Assembly: GCF_006345805.1 (NCBI RefSeq)
Contig: NC_043009.1
Coordinates: 12,400,001-12,464,000 of the forward strand
Source: Octopus sinensis
Taxonomy: Eukaryota
Direction of reading: 5' to 3'
Length of the DNA stretch: 64,000 nt
Part shown: piece after piece, positions 25,075 through 38,715 of the stretch
Layout of the letters: each line of letters begins with the position of its first letter
Position numbering within the stretch: position 1 is the first letter of the stretch
Notes under the pieces: generated by a model
Seen by the model: only the letters and a program-made list of their open reading frames with translations
What the model was told of the DNA's origin: nothing
Databases searched by the model: none
Made by a program: the position numbers and the translations under genes

Positions 25075-26330
25075 TCGAGCAGGTACTGAAAAGCTTTTGG
25101 CTTTGGGTAAAAGAAAATACAGGAGGGTCAGTTGATTATGCTTTTATTCATCATATGTCCCTCTAAGATTCACACATTCATCACAGCGGTCCTTCGGGTT
25201 TTTAAGCACAGGTTTCTTTTATTGCAGGGATCCTTCGGCTTTTTTTAAGCAGGTTTTTTAACTCGGAAGTTTGGGCTTCTAATCGTACCTTTCGCGATAC
25301 CCTTAAAGTCAGGAACTTTTCAATTCCCCCTCGTACAATTAGTCACATTCTAGAATTATTCTACCTATCCTGTTCTACAAGTCTTTTATTAACAAGCAAA
25401 AAACTCATTAAGTAAATATAGTAGAATAGGAAGAGTGCTCAACTTGTTCAAAGCCACAGTCGCACACAACAGCCATTGAAACCAAGGACTGGTGTGCTGG
25501 AGCATTGCTCTGATGAAAAGATCTCTTCGTCAATTTTCTTTCGTGTATGGTTTTGAGAGCCTTTCGCAACTGCCTCAGCAAATTGGGATAACATTCTTCA
25601 TTGATGGTGTGGCACTTTTGAAGATAGTCAATAAACACAATGCTTTTGCATCCCCAAAAAGTGAGGTCATCATCACTTTCCCTGCAGATGAAATGACCTT
25701 GGCTTTCTTTGGAGCAGGTGAGGAAGAGTGTTTCCATTGCATAGATTGTCTCTTTGTCTCTGGCTCAAAGCGATAACCCCAACACTCATCCAAACATTCA
25801 ACGAAGCCGGCTGGATATAATTCAAACAATGTCAGATTTCCCCGTGCTATAATCGGACCAGTGTGTTTTTGATTAAGTGTCATAAGACGTGGCGGCCACC
25901 GAGCATAAACCTTCATCACGCCAGGTTCATTGTGCAAAATAGTCTGAACTCTCTCACGAGATATGCTAAGAGCATCTGGTATTTAATTTATAGACAACTG
26001 TTTGTCCTCTATCTCAATGTGGTGAACATGATCAATGTTTTGCTCGGTGGAAGCAGTTGCAGGACGTCCACACCTTGAGGCATCTTCAAGACTCTCCCAT
26101 AGCAACCATGTCAGCATGAATATCCGTGAGAGCTTAAACCCCTTTTCTGCAGGTAATTGAGATCACCACTATGCCGAATATTGCCCGCTTTCAAGACATG
26201 TCGCTACTATAATTACATTTAAGTTTTCTTTGAACAGTGAGATTGTGTTGAAATTAATGCTTGCAAGATTTCACAACTCTAGTATCACCCCTTCACAGTG
26301 AGCCTATGAAATTTTCAGTCTAACCTCGTA
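25075..26330 (-). mobile_element. mariner element, degenerate
   Basis: tacgaggttagactgaaaa terminus at 26330; KVYARWPPRL, ETKRQSMQW and HQSNAPAH motifs; left boundary approximate. Confidence 0.8.
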
Positions 26331-26836
26331 CAAGCCTCACTGAAGTCAACTTCTCTTTCCATTCGGTATCAAAAAATAAGTTCATGTAATATTCTGCATA
26401 TTGATCCATTCGACTCCACCCGACCCTGTATAAGAGGTGGTCTTGTGTAGAGTAAAAAGAATTAGTTGGTATAAAAGCGTTAGAGATACCTGAAGAATAA
26501 GAGTAGCAGTTAGGCCTACAAGTAGGTCAGAAGGAATGAATACCAGTAATATATTGAGGGGAATTTTTCTTGATATATACCTCTTATTCAAAAATTACCC
26601 TTCTAATCAGAGAAATCAATAACGACTGACATAGTACAGTATTGTATTATAAGGTGAGACGTTAAACTAGCCACTTAAATCCACAATCCCGTTTCGCTCC
26701 TAGTTTGTGAATTATAGAACCAAATCGTTATAGTTTCATTGTTTGTTTGTTTTTTTCCTATCTTGCACACTTTTAAAGTGCCATGTTATTAATATTTGAC
26801 AAATGCGTTTCTTTTTTGTTTTTCTACATCTAATAG

Positions 26837-27004
26837 ATTACATTGACAGAGACTGTGGTCTACCACTCCAGACGAACTCCTCGGTGATCATTTGGGGAAA
26901 TGAGCGGTTTGTGGGATATAAGTGTTTGGTGAATATGATTGGAGAAGACACTAGAACATCAAGGTGCAAGGACAGCTCAGTTTGGTCGAAACCAGAAGCA
27001 TGTC
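26837..27004 (+). CDS. Paralog 2 exon 3: sushi/CCP domain
   Basis: DCGLP...YKC...SRCKDSSVWSKPEAC has 4 Cys and the conserved Trp; ctaatag| and |gtaagt; phase 1-1. Confidence 0.85.
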
Positions 27005-28678
27005 GTAAGTTTTTAAGTAAATTATATTCTTCTTCGTGTGGGTTGAATAAAGGAAATGAATTCACAGATTTGAAATGGCACACGTATGCACTTAATATCG
27101 TTTATTTAATTACTATTTTATACCAAGTCAACATTGATCAGGCAGAAATATGATTAAAAGTGTTCCAATGATTCTGATCCCTTATCTCTTTCAGGCAATA
27201 TGGATTTAGGAATACATTTTTCAATGTCACCTTCAAATAACACCTACCTTTATTATCTCACTTAGATCTCCCTCAAATGACGGCCTCTTTTCCTAAAAAG
27301 GGGGAAGTGTAATTGTGAATTAAGAAAGACTTGGCTGTTATAACCAGCAGGTCGAACAATTGAATCAAGAACTTTGGTTTTTAATCTAAAATTTATGTTC
27401 AGCTGCTCATAATTAATAACTATTTCCTTTCCCTTTCTTCTTTATATAAATTTGAAGCTTAATTATTTCATGACAGTGATATAAGGTACAATAGCTTTTT
27501 CGTTCACACGATCCTTAATATATCGTTAACTGACATTACATGTAAGTAAGATGGCTGGAGCAGAACCAGAGCAACAAATACCATAGCAACAGATCAATGA
27601 GATGCAATTCCAGCAGGTCGAGAAGTAGGCTCACTGAAATTCAAAGTCAACAGACGTTAATAATCTTAGCACATGATCTTTTACAAATGAAATTAATATT
27701 TGTTATTATCATTATAATTAATATGAATAGTACGGTTAGTTTCAACGTAAAGATTATCTCATATTATTATTTGGTTAGAGAATATTATAAAGGTGAAAGG
27801 ATTTTGTCTTTTTATTTATTTCGATTGTCTACCTGCGATGGTGATTAAATTGACTAGGGACAATATACGCGATGAATATCCAATACCAAACAATCTTAAC
27901 CGCCATATTTAAACTACATGAAACATTGGCAAGCTTACCTTTACCTATTCTGAGTTACTTGAAAGGTGATGTTCCATTCCCTCTCTTCTATTTGTTGATA
28001 CCTTTGTTTACCTACCAATGCGTTGTTTCACTTTGAAGATGCTTATTTATCCATCCATTATGATGTTTCGATCGCGACATCTTTTCGCTACGAACTGCTA
28101 AAGATTCAAAGCAGTATTTGTGAACTGAAGTCAAACTCTTCATGTCTTGATGTTTCGTTACCTGAAGTCAATTTCAGAGCGGTCGTACACTGTAAGCAAG
28201 CAGCAAATACATTCCTTTAACTCTGCTTTTTCAAATAGGTATTATATCGCCATTTTTTAACGTACCAATCATACTTCTCTCCGAAGAAATACTCCCCTTT
28301 GCAGATGGATAAGATAAACTCGCAGAGGAGAAGTTTCTACGTCTTCCTTCAGTTTCCTTACACCATTTATGTGGCTGTTTCGGACAAGAAATTTCGCTTT
28401 CATGTAAAACAGCTATACTATACTGTGTAGTCATTATCCGTAATCTACTTCCAAAACACTTCAGTAGCTCTACTTTGCATCGCTTGCAAAGTTATATGTT
28501 CCATGAACATTAAAGTGCAACGACCTTCACGATAACCAGCCTTTGGTTTTCAGTTCCGAAGTTAATTAAAAACGTAGATTGCCGTGCTACTCATAAACCT
28601 TCTCGGTAGTTCAATTACTTGGTGAAAAAATTACCACCAAAGCAACTTAAACCGTCCAAAGGATTAGTGTGTTTGCTA

Positions 28679-28718
<40 letters not shown>

Positions 28719-29309
28719 GCATACATACATACATACACATACATACATACATACATACATTCATACATACATACATACATACACACAATCATATATGAGT
28801 GTGTGTATGTGTGTGTGTGAGTGTGTGTATAAAATTATCATGGTGGCTATAAGCAATTCAAAACCAAAAAGCAAATAATTCACCGTCGTTAAAAAGTGAC
28901 CAGCATTACTAGAAATAAAAGTTGAAGAATCTCTAGCCACAGAAACACATGTTTTATTTACTGACAAGGAAAATAACATCCCCAATGCAAGCGAGTGGCA
29001 TTAGCCACTTCAATTATTTCATAATTTTCACATTACCATTTTGCGGAATCAGCCACTGATTCCTGTGGTAAATTCTGTATATGCTGACAAGATAAATTTA
29101 ACTTCGCTTCCCACAATAGAGTAAGCATTATTGATGAGCATTAATTTCCATGCGAGATTGTCATGCCATTATAATGTCACTCGTTTGTGGGGAGGTTACC
29201 TCTCTTGTCAATCACTAGAACATGTGCTTTCGTAACTAAAGAGCCTTTGACTCTTATTTCTAGCAATACTGCTGCTCCCTGCACCCTTAGTCACTTTTTA
29301 GTGACTGTG

Positions 29310-29352
<43 letters not shown>

Positions 29353-29451
29353 TAATCCAAACATGAAAACACAAAGAGAAAACACAACAACGCGAGGACG
29401 TGGAACAAGTATAGTGTTATTGGACGCTCAGGAAAGAAGGAAAGAAGGAGG

Positions 29452-29486
29452 GTTTAAGGTTTCGAGCGGAGCTCTTCGTCAGAAAC
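29452..29486 (-). ncRNA. Hammerhead-like motif with intact CUGACGA core but mutated cleavage triplet
   Basis: GTTT-CTGACGA-A-GAGC(TCC)GCTC-GAAAC-CTT-AAAC (CUU where sister copies have GUU or GUA). Confidence 0.45.
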
Positions 29487-29560
29487 ATAGGAAAAGGAAA
29501 GATCCAGAGAAGGGAAGACGGAGGAAAAAAATCGCCAACGGTACACACGCGGTCATATAT

Positions 29561-29591
<31 letters not shown>

Positions 29592-29699
29592 TATATATAT
29601 ATACATACATATATATATATTATACATGTGCCCACGTTGTTGTAATAATATATTTAAGTAAACAAATACTAAAGTACTGTGTGCTACAACAGGTAATTA

Positions 29700-29730
<31 letters not shown>

Positions 29731-30539
29731 TAACAGGTTATTCGTGTAAACTGCCATATATTGTATCCTTCAATATGACAAACAGTACTTACAGCGAAAG
29801 TTCCTGGAAGTATGAATGCCAGGAAACCAATACAAGTTGCCGTATGAAAACAATTTGGAATAACGGATCAAACCATTATCTCGGTACGGCTTTAATCATT
29901 TTTAGTTATTATTCTTTAAAATCAAAGTAAAACATGGAAATATCTACTCAAAATTACGTATCTAAAACCTTTCTTTATTACTAATACTATCATTATATTC
30001 GTTATTATTGTTGTTGTTTTGTTGTTGCTGTGAGCTGGCAAAATCGTTTGCAAGCGGGGTAAAATGCTTAGCGGCATTTCGTTCGTCTTTACGTACATAA
30101 CCCTCTACTGATCAGGCAATGCGGTCGGTGGAAGTTCTGTAGGGGATTAGTGACGGGCAAGGGCGACGAAATTTTTGAGGAAACTCTGGGCATAGGGAGG
30201 GATCAACTATTTCGTCTTTTTTGGAGGATTTCCGGGTCAGGGCTAATAGATAATTTCTAGAAATCCCTAACCTCAAGTGCTACTGGAGAGCTCTGTCGGT
30301 TCGGAAGTGCCGTCAGAATGACCTGTCCGAGATGTGTGCAAGGCAATGAAACGGTTCTGCATGTACTTGTCCAGTGTTCAAGTATTGCTGACTTGTGGAG
30401 CGTTGCCGAACAGCTGTCGACGTATTTAGGACGGTTATCCGAGTCCATCGTGAAGATTGCCCCGCTACCTTCTTTTTGCTGAGAAGAGAAGTCCGTTTTC
30501 GTCTGGCTGGTAGCTATAGCGAAAGAGACAGTGTGGTGA

Positions 30540-31960
30540 ATGATATTGAAAAGACAGCTTTGGTCTTGTGCCGCTAATATAAAACCTTCAGTCTCTGCTT
30601 TCAGTCCTGAACCTCTCAGCCACTGATGAGTTGTTGATTGATCTACATCAGCATTTCGATTTCGAAGTATATAATGTCCATGCAGAGGCTTCTGGCTCCA
30701 CCGCTCCTCAATTTGTTTCTGCTCCTTCTTTTCTGAAGTCTTTTGTTTGTTTTGTGGCAGTGCTTTCAGGTTCTTCAACTATTTGAGGGTTAATGCCAAG
30801 TCCCATTGCGAATTTGCAAGCTTGCCTGATAATAGAATGTGATTTTTTGCTGCTTTCATGTTTGCACACAAATCGCAGCGTCCAGTCCTCTGTACTAGAC
30901 AAGTCCCTGTTCATTGCTATTGTGGTGGTCTTATGACACAGTTCTGCATGCATCATTCCTCTTCCCCCATTACTTCTAGATAGGTATAGACGATCAACAT
31001 CTGCTGTTGGGTGGTGCATGTTCTTAGAAGTTAGTATTTTTCTTGACTTCCTGCCCAGGCGTTGGAATTCTGTAAGATTCCTATTTAATGATATTAAAAC
31101 CATATTGGACCACAGGAAGTGCCAGGGTGTTAATGGCGTCGATGCGATTTTTAGAATTAAGTCAGTTTTTAGAGCCGAGTCTTATTCCCCTGCAATATTC
31201 TTTTCTTATTTGTTCCTTCATAGTAGCATGTTGTATACCATCTCCTTCGTTTATCCCCTGATATTTGTAATCTTCTTGTGGGTCACGCTCCTTGATGGTA
31301 GTGTCGGCATCCAAATTAATGGAAGCTGTTTGCCTGAGCTTGCTTCTTACAAAAGTTGCTTTAGGATACTTATCAAGGCCAAAGTCCATCCCGAAGTTAT
31401 TAGTGAATTCTTTAACATTTGTTAGCAGCCCCACTAGCTCATCGTCATTTCTAACAAACAGCTTCAGATCGTCTATATAAAACAGAAGGTTTATTGTCGT
31501 ATTGTAAACTTTGAACCCATACCTGGTGTTATTTAGTTCGTTTGAGAGTGGGATCAGTGCCATGCAAAAGAGTAATGGGGAGAGGGAGTCACCTTGAAAG
31601 ATGCCTCGTTTGACGTTGTTGTTGTTAGTTTGGCTCATCCCATTACTATGGTTTAGAAGGAGACGTGTAATCCCACTTGACCATGCTACCTTGTAAGAAT
31701 TTGGAGATGACAGCAGAGATCTTATATATCTCAAAGGCCTTGAGTATCCAATTGTGGGACACTACCAAACGCTTTCCTGCAGTCTATTCACGACATACTC
31801 GGGGTCTTCTTTTTGCTCCGGCAATTCGCTACAATCATTTTACTTATGAGTAATTGATTTTTGCATCCATAAGAATTCCTTTTAAAGCCTTTTTTAGCAT
31901 GTGGAAGGATAGATCCTTCAGTGCAGATCAGTAGACAGAGACTCGCTATATGGAGCATGG
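30540..31960 (-). mobile_element. R4/Dong-clade reverse transcriptase fragment
   Basis: GIFQGDSLSPLLFC, FYIDDLKLF, FGMDFGLDK, DVDRLYLSRSNGGRG, LHGHY...WL...LKAETEGFILAAQDQ. Confidence 0.88.
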
Positions 31961-32677
31961 AATAGTCAGGATATTAAAACAGTCGAACAATGCTACGAAC
32001 GACTTTGCATAAAATATTTCCAAGAGCTGGGCCCTTTCTTGGCTGTTCCAACCTCAAAATTGCACAAAGATACTTTTTGTACAAGTAAGTACGTGGAATG
32101 CAAAAGCAGAAAAGAAATATTAAACATGGATGATCAAAGTTGTGGCAATCCTAATTTGACTCAACTGGGTGTTTTTATGGGTGAATTTCTATATTTTCAT
32201 TAAATTATTTATCATAATTATATTTCTTTTACATATTTACTTAAATATCTTGTACAATAATTGCGTCAAAGTTAAAAGATTTTTTTATTTTTAGCATGTC
32301 CTGATATACTGGATTTGAAATGCCTTTTACTTCTTTCTTCGTTCACCTTCTTTTTTTCTTTTCTTTATATCAATCATATATTTATTCAATAATCTATCCT
32401 ATATCATTGCTACGAGCGTGCCGCAGCAAGTATTGCCTGTAATTTAGTACTGAAGTCGGCATTCATTTCTTTGCAGATACTGATTTCATCCACACCCTGG
32501 ATGGACTCAAATATGGCCACTCCTGTTAATTTGTCAAAATTAATATTTAAATATAATGCAGAATGCCTCGGCAATTCAGTGTGTTATGCGACTGAGTCCG
32601 ATTACATGAAATAATGTTTCTCTAAAATTACGCAATAAAACATTCTTTAATTCAATGAATTGGAATCTTTTAAACAG

Positions 32678-32812
32678 ATATTTCCTGTACAACGAAGAAT
32701 AATGTAAGCAGTCAGTTAACAAATTTCAGTTATTTTTGTGCCAAAAGTGAAATCGTCGATAATTTTGATAAAATACGATCCTGTTCATCACTGAAATCTA
32801 TACACCCTTGTC
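32678..32812 (+). CDS. Paralog 2 exon 4: degenerate sushi-like 4-Cys module ISCTTK...SYFC...RSC...HPC
   Basis: taaacag| and |gtaagt; phase 1-1; homologous exon on the minus strand at 61508-61654. Confidence 0.85.
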
Positions 32813-32979
32813 GTAAGTCTAATAAAATGTTCTTAATTCTTTTATTATTTTATTATTTTACTAACTGTAGCAAGTTAGAGTAACTTCAAATGCTTTAGTC
32901 GGTTATATCGTGCCCGTCTGTTTGTCAACTCACCAGAGATATGTAATATATAAAGTGTTTATTATTACTGGTAACAAAA

Positions 32980-33190
32980 CTTCCTATTTGGACCATTGCA
33001 AGAAGACTGAAAGAAGTTGGTTTTGTTTCTAAAATGTTTTGCACTGGAAAACCTCTTTTCATCAAAAACCTTTCGAACAAAATGCCTCATTTAGTCAAGT
33101 GTGGTAAATTGGCCAAAATCCTATTTAGATTTGTTTCAGAAAGATTTCCAAGGTAACTATCAAGATTTCAGCTTTATAGTGGGGCCCCAG
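32980..33190 (+). mobile_element. Possible Tc1 transposase remnant
   Basis: TIARRLKEVGF, KPL and SRFQLYSG fragments in shifting frames. Confidence 0.35.
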
Positions 33191-33398
33191 AAATATAAGG
33201 CATGCAGGAATCTTAATACCGAGTACGCTTTTATCTGTAGATTTTTCTGAATTTATAAGATGAAAATAGTCAATTCCTCCTCTGAAATCGCTAAAATCTG
33301 TTTAAGAAACAGATTATTTCCCAACCAGTAAAAAATTTATTACCTGAAGAAGAAAAACAAAGCTGTTGTATATTTAAGAGATGAGGAATTATGTATAT

Positions 33399-33561
33399 TA
33401 TTTACAATTGACGGATATTTATCCTTATCTTGTTTGTTGTTAACACAACGTTTCGGCTGATATACCCTCCAAGACACCTGATGAAGGCTGGAGGGTATAT
33501 CAGCCGAAACGTTGTGTTAACAACAAACAAGATAAGGACAAATATCCGTCAATTGTAAATA
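33399..33561. repeat. Penelope-type inverted repeat, 73-bp arms (1 mismatch), 17-nt spacer
   Basis: 33399-33471 versus 33489-33561. Confidence 0.92.
33473..33518 (+). ncRNA. Minimal type-I hammerhead ribozyme
   Basis: GACAC-CTGATGA-A-GGCTG(GAGGGTATAT)CAGCC-GAAAC-GTT-GTGTT; palindromic AACGTT stem III; predicted cut after 33513. Confidence 0.68.
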
Positions 33562-34454
33562 GCGTGAATGATATAAACAAAGCTATTTTTCAACAACTGC
33601 TCAATGACAAAATAGATCAAGAAACAAGTCCAGTAAAATTATGCTCTGGCTGTGTCAGTCTATATTTCAATCGCAAACCGAATATTTGGACATGTATAAG
33701 GCACGCACTAGTTGGAGTAAAATTTTCAAAGTTTTACCAACTTCAGAAAGCCATAAGATTTAAAGAGGACAAAATTAACATTTCTTGTTTCAAAGAAGCT
33801 ACCTTCTAGCTTATCTAAAGTACTAAGTAATTCAAAGAAACACAAGCATCAGGCTACTCGATTATAATTTGCAGAGGTATTTCTGCTTGTTCTTATATTT
33901 TTTATTGAATGCATAACATATAAAATTATAATTTTCCTTGACTATTAAACTAATTTTTATAGTGTATACTTACAAAATTAACAGATACACAACTATTTAC
34001 CCGGTTTGGTTTCCAGTCATCATCAGGTATTTTATTGCTGGGTGCGTGAACTTTCCTAAGACTGTATTTACAAGTTCTCCTGGGGATAATATTACTATCA
34101 GCTTTAATTTAAAAATAAAGGCTCCTAACTCGAATCTAATCAAGGGAAAGTGTACACACCCAGGAATAGAATATCAAATGGCGATCTGATGGCAAACAAA
34201 TGCAAACTCAACATAAATTTTAGATTTCCACCTTCTTTCTTACTGAATTCACAAAGAGATAGTTGAAGGAATGGCAGGAACGTGGTGTGAAAGACAGAAA
34301 GATCAATCGATCGATAAATACATACATACATATACACATACATATATGTGCATATATATATGTATATGTATATGTATATATAGATATGCACGTTATATAA
34401 TGTCGATCGAATGAGAAATGAGCGCATAATATATATTGCAGAGAATATAAAGAT

Positions 34455-35659
34455 CACAGTAATGTAACTTGTCGCCATTTTTAATTAATTTCGCGCATGT
34501 GCAATGTTTGAGAACCGACTGTGAAAAAAGCAGTGCAATGATGCAATTTGCTCTGTCAGAAATTTGGAAACGACATGCTGTACTGCTTGATATTCGCACC
34601 GGAAGCTCCAACACTAATATTTCAGAGTGTTTGGGTGTCGATCCGAGGACAGTACAAAGGATTCGGAAAAAGTTGAATGAGTCTGGTGGTGATTACGAAT
34701 GTACGGCAGCTTGGAGAACTAGCTCTGATCGTTCTGATAAGAAAAGAACTCCTGAATGTGTTGGTGAAATCCAGGCCACGTTTGACAACGATCTCTCCAA
34801 GTTAATCAGGTACATCGCCATGGACATGGTAGTGTCTGAGTTTCTTATCAAGTAGGTAGTGCATAAAGACATTTGGTATTCCTCATACAAGATGAAAAAG
34901 GAACAATTTTTATTCCAAGCTATCAAGAACAAGAGGAAAGACCACGCCTCGATGCTTTTAAACAAACTCAAGCATCCCTTCCCACCGAACATGCTTTGGT
35001 TTTTCTCAGACGAGAAAAATTTCTGCCAGAATCAGATTGTGAACACACGGAACAACTGTTGGTTTGGTGTGTCCCAAAACATGTACCGAGAGTGATAAAA
35101 ATCAAACATCCAGTCAACATCATGGTGTTTGGAATGATCATTAGTGATGGCAACGTTATGCCTCCATTCATCTTCCACACGGCATCAGACTACATCAGGA
35201 GGGTGACAGCTGGAAAACCCTGTCTGGCAACAGGACTCTGTACCATGCCACACAATCAGGGGAACCCAGTCATAGCTGTGAGATAATTTCTGCGACCACA
35301 TCACCCCTATCATCTGGACACCTAATTTCCCAGACTGCAAAGCCTTTAATTATTGTGTGGGGCGCAGTTGAACGAGAGACCAACAAAACTCCTTGTAACA
35401 CCAAAGATAAACTGAAAGCAAGGATTATGGCAGGATTCACCAACGTAAAGAAGGACACAGTCCAGAAGAGTTGCAGGAGATTCGGAAGTCGTCTGGATGC
35501 CGTAGTCGAAGCTAATGGCGATTTTATTGAATGAATTTACTCTTTAGTGTTTCAAGTTATTTTTATGTAATTCTGGACAGTGTAATTTTGTATAATTTTA
35601 GACAGTTTTACTTTCATTTTAGCGTAATTTAGACGACAATTTATTCGCTGCACCGTGTA
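34455..35659 (+). mobile_element. maT/DD37D-type Tc1-mariner element, degenerate
   Basis: WFFSDEKNFCQ, IMVFGMIISDG and WTPNFPDC/WGAVE motifs; 3' terminus ...ttattcgctgcaccgtgta. Confidence 0.82.
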
Positions 35660-35787
35660 TGTATGTATGTATGTATCTATGTATGTATGTATGTATGTAT
35701 GTATGTATGTATGTATGTATGTATGTATGTATGTATGTATGTATGTATGTATGTATGTATGTATGTATGTATGTATGTATGTATGTA
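35657..35787. repeat. (TATG)n microsatellite
   Basis: Direct reading. Confidence 0.95.
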
Positions 35788-36118
35788 TAAACCCCGTCCA
35801 TATTTCCGGTTTCGTTGCACCTGTAAAAGCGTTGGACAGTGTCGCTTCCTACAGACAAACCAAATTTTTTTTTTAAATGTGGAAATGAATATTATGTATG
35901 TTGATTAGCGCTGTGGGATGGTTTTCTTTGCTATTTGAAGCTACCCACATTATTAAACCTTTGCCTCTACTTCATCAGATATATTCGATCTAATATGTAA
36001 GAAATGTTTAAACGATTACATTAATGTTCTCTCGGTCTCCCTCCCTCTCTCTTTCTCTTTTCCACTCTCTCTCTCCCTCTTGAAGTCTCTTAATCTTTCT
36101 TCAAATTCGGTTGAATAG

Positions 36119-36277
36119 ATATAAAATGCAACAAACCAAGTAATAAACCGAGAGTAGATGATTGGCAAAAAAACTGCACCCGAACTATTCTCTGCAACTG
36201 GATGAGGTTTCCTAAACTTCAGACAATAAAATTTTGCGCACCTCGTAAACGAATGGAAAATGGTACGATAAGTTTTG
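36119..36277 (+). CDS. Paralog 2 exon 5: 4-Cys module IKCNKP...NCTRTILC...FCAP...MENGTISF
   Basis: tgaatag| and |gtaagt; phase 1-1; homolog at 59771-59932 (-) shares Cys spacing and MENGTISF. Confidence 0.85.
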
Positions 36278-36445
36278 GTAAGTTTAAGAATTAAAGTTCT
36301 TCAATTTATTTATTTTCCTCAGATGATCGATTGGTTTATTTATTTAGCACATTAACGAATTGACCACTCAATCAATGAAACAATCAATTCTGTGTATTCC
36401 ATATGTATACGTGAATGTGTGCGTGTGTTCAGCCCAGGAACCGAT

Positions 36446-36707
36446 ATTGTCGTGTTTCGGGACGATCAATGTTTTTATTTTTTTTTTGCCAAATAAACCT
36501 ACGTACTATGTATTTTTTCCTTCACTCGTTTATTACTGTTCTTATTTTCTTATTTTCTTATTTTATCTTTCGTCACACATCTGTGACCTCTTCAGCGACA
36601 CATTTTTCTTTTCGCGTGGGTTCTTGCTCCACTTACTCCATTCTGTTCTTCTAAGGTGTGTATCCTTATATGCGTATGCGTTTATGTCCTTCTTTGTGTG
36701 TGTGTGT

Positions 36708-36756
<49 letters not shown>

Positions 36757-37190
36757 ATGCTTGTGTGTATGTCATATTTTTTACAGCAGTGTGGCCGTCC
36801 CCTCAGCAGCCCCATCTAATCACCCCCATTGTACTTCTGCTGATGGGAAGGTCACACTGCTGCTAAAAACTATGATACACACACAAGCATACACACACAC
36901 ACACACGCGCGCACGCACACACACACACACATTCACAAACAAGGACACAAGCACGTGCGCACATAAAGTTACACACCTGAGAAGAACAGAATGGAGTAAG
37001 TGGAGCAAGAACACGAACGAAAAGGAAAATGTGTTGCTGAAAAGGTCACAGGTGTGTGTCGAAAGATTTCCGGACAATGGAGATGAGTTAAAATAATAAA
37101 ATAAGAACAGTGATAAACGAGAGTAGAAGAAATATTTAGTTGGTGTGTGTTTATTTGGCAAAAAAAATGACCGTCCCGAAATACAACAAT
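36446..37190. repeat. Long imperfect inverted repeat (about 360-bp arms, 27-nt loop)
   Basis: 36446-36809 versus 36837-37190, including mirrored (TG)n/(CA)n tracts. Confidence 0.9.
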
Positions 37191-37429
37191 ACTAAATATA
37201 ATATCTGTAAACAAACCAGAAAAGGTTTGATATATATATATGCATACATATATGTGTGCATATACATATACGTTCATTTCTAAATTACAGTGAAATAACC
37301 TTGTACCTGTACAAGGAAACAATTCTCCATTGGTGAGAAATTCAAAAAATAAATCCGAAATGCATACACTTGTATGCACAATAAATAAATAGACCCAAGT
37401 CAGTATATACAGACACACATATACATATC

Positions 37430-37481
<52 letters not shown>

Positions 37482-37497
37482 GTATATACATATATAT

Positions 37498-37588
<91 letters not shown>

Positions 37589-37594
<6 letters not shown>

Positions 37595-38359
37595 GGCAGT
37601 CAAAGACTGTTTTTTCCATTTTCTGTAAGTGGAGATTCCAAAAACGAAGGCCCGTGCGGCTCACCTGCTGCTAGCCCTCTTATTTACTTTACTATATACT
37701 GAACCTTACAAAGTTCCTGACGATAAATTTGTCGTATTTACATACCGAAATTTACCGGTAAATAATTGTTGGTTACATGAAAAACCACAGAAAAATTATT
37801 TATCATTTTTATTGCATTACCATGTGGATTCCTCATTCCATTACGATTACCCAGAAGGCGCGCATGGCAGAATTTTGGAGGGAAAATTTACGTTCCCAGT
37901 CGTTACTTAGTTTTAACATCTGCACACTTCCCCCCACTATCTGATGTCGCTGGGTCAGAAGTGAGGGCCTGTGGCATTTGGTAAAGTTATCGAATATAGC
38001 GCCGATGACGGAAATCAAACTACTTTTCTATGTTTGTGATCCAGAAACATGTTCGTTATTAACGGTAAGTGATTGTTTGCGTCTATTTGCTACTCCGGTT
38101 TTGTGTATGTGAGCCGCACGGGCCTTCGTTTTTGGAATCTCCACTTACAGAAAATGGAAAAAACAGTCTTTGACTGCCATTTCTAATTCCTTCGGTATGA
38201 GGCGAAACAGCCTGCTGCTAGCTCTCTTATTTACTTTACTATATACTGAACCTTACAAAGTTCCTGACGATAAATTTGTCGTATTTACATACCGAAATTT
38301 ACCGGTAAATAATTGTTGGTTACATGAAAAACCACAGAAAAATTATTTACCATTTTTAT

Positions 38360-38361
<2 letters not shown>
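37589..38361. repeat. Compound inverted (76 bp) plus direct (150 bp) duplication
   Basis: 37589-37664 inverted at 38109-38184; 37665-37814 direct at 38212-38361. Confidence 0.92.
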
Positions 38362-38392
<31 letters not shown>

Positions 38393-38397
38393 GTATG

Positions 38398-38439
<42 letters not shown>

Positions 38440-38469
38440 ATACACATATATATATATACATATATATAT

Positions 38470-38512
<43 letters not shown>

Positions 38513-38563
38513 CATATATATATACATATATATAATATATATATACACATATATTATATATAC

Positions 38564-38600
<37 letters not shown>

Positions 38601-38682
38601 ATATATAATATATATATATTATACATATATATATACATATATATATATAATATATATATATATATATTATATATATATATTA

Positions 38683-38715
<33 letters not shown>

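Noticed and set aside
28039-28191. Open phase 1-1 candidate exon in intron 3
   Set aside because: Only 2 Cys, no resemblance to other modules and no paralog support within the window; cannot be fully excluded without RNA-seq
36784-36862. Hairpin apex as a pre-miRNA
   Set aside because: It is the centre of a much longer repeat-derived inverted duplication and I recognise no known miRNA seed family
37629-37910. 93-aa ORF as a fibrinogen- or galectin-like exon
   Set aside because: Similarity is only impressionistic, in-frame stops precede the next donor, the ORF spans a duplication junction, and exons 5 and 6 already join in phase
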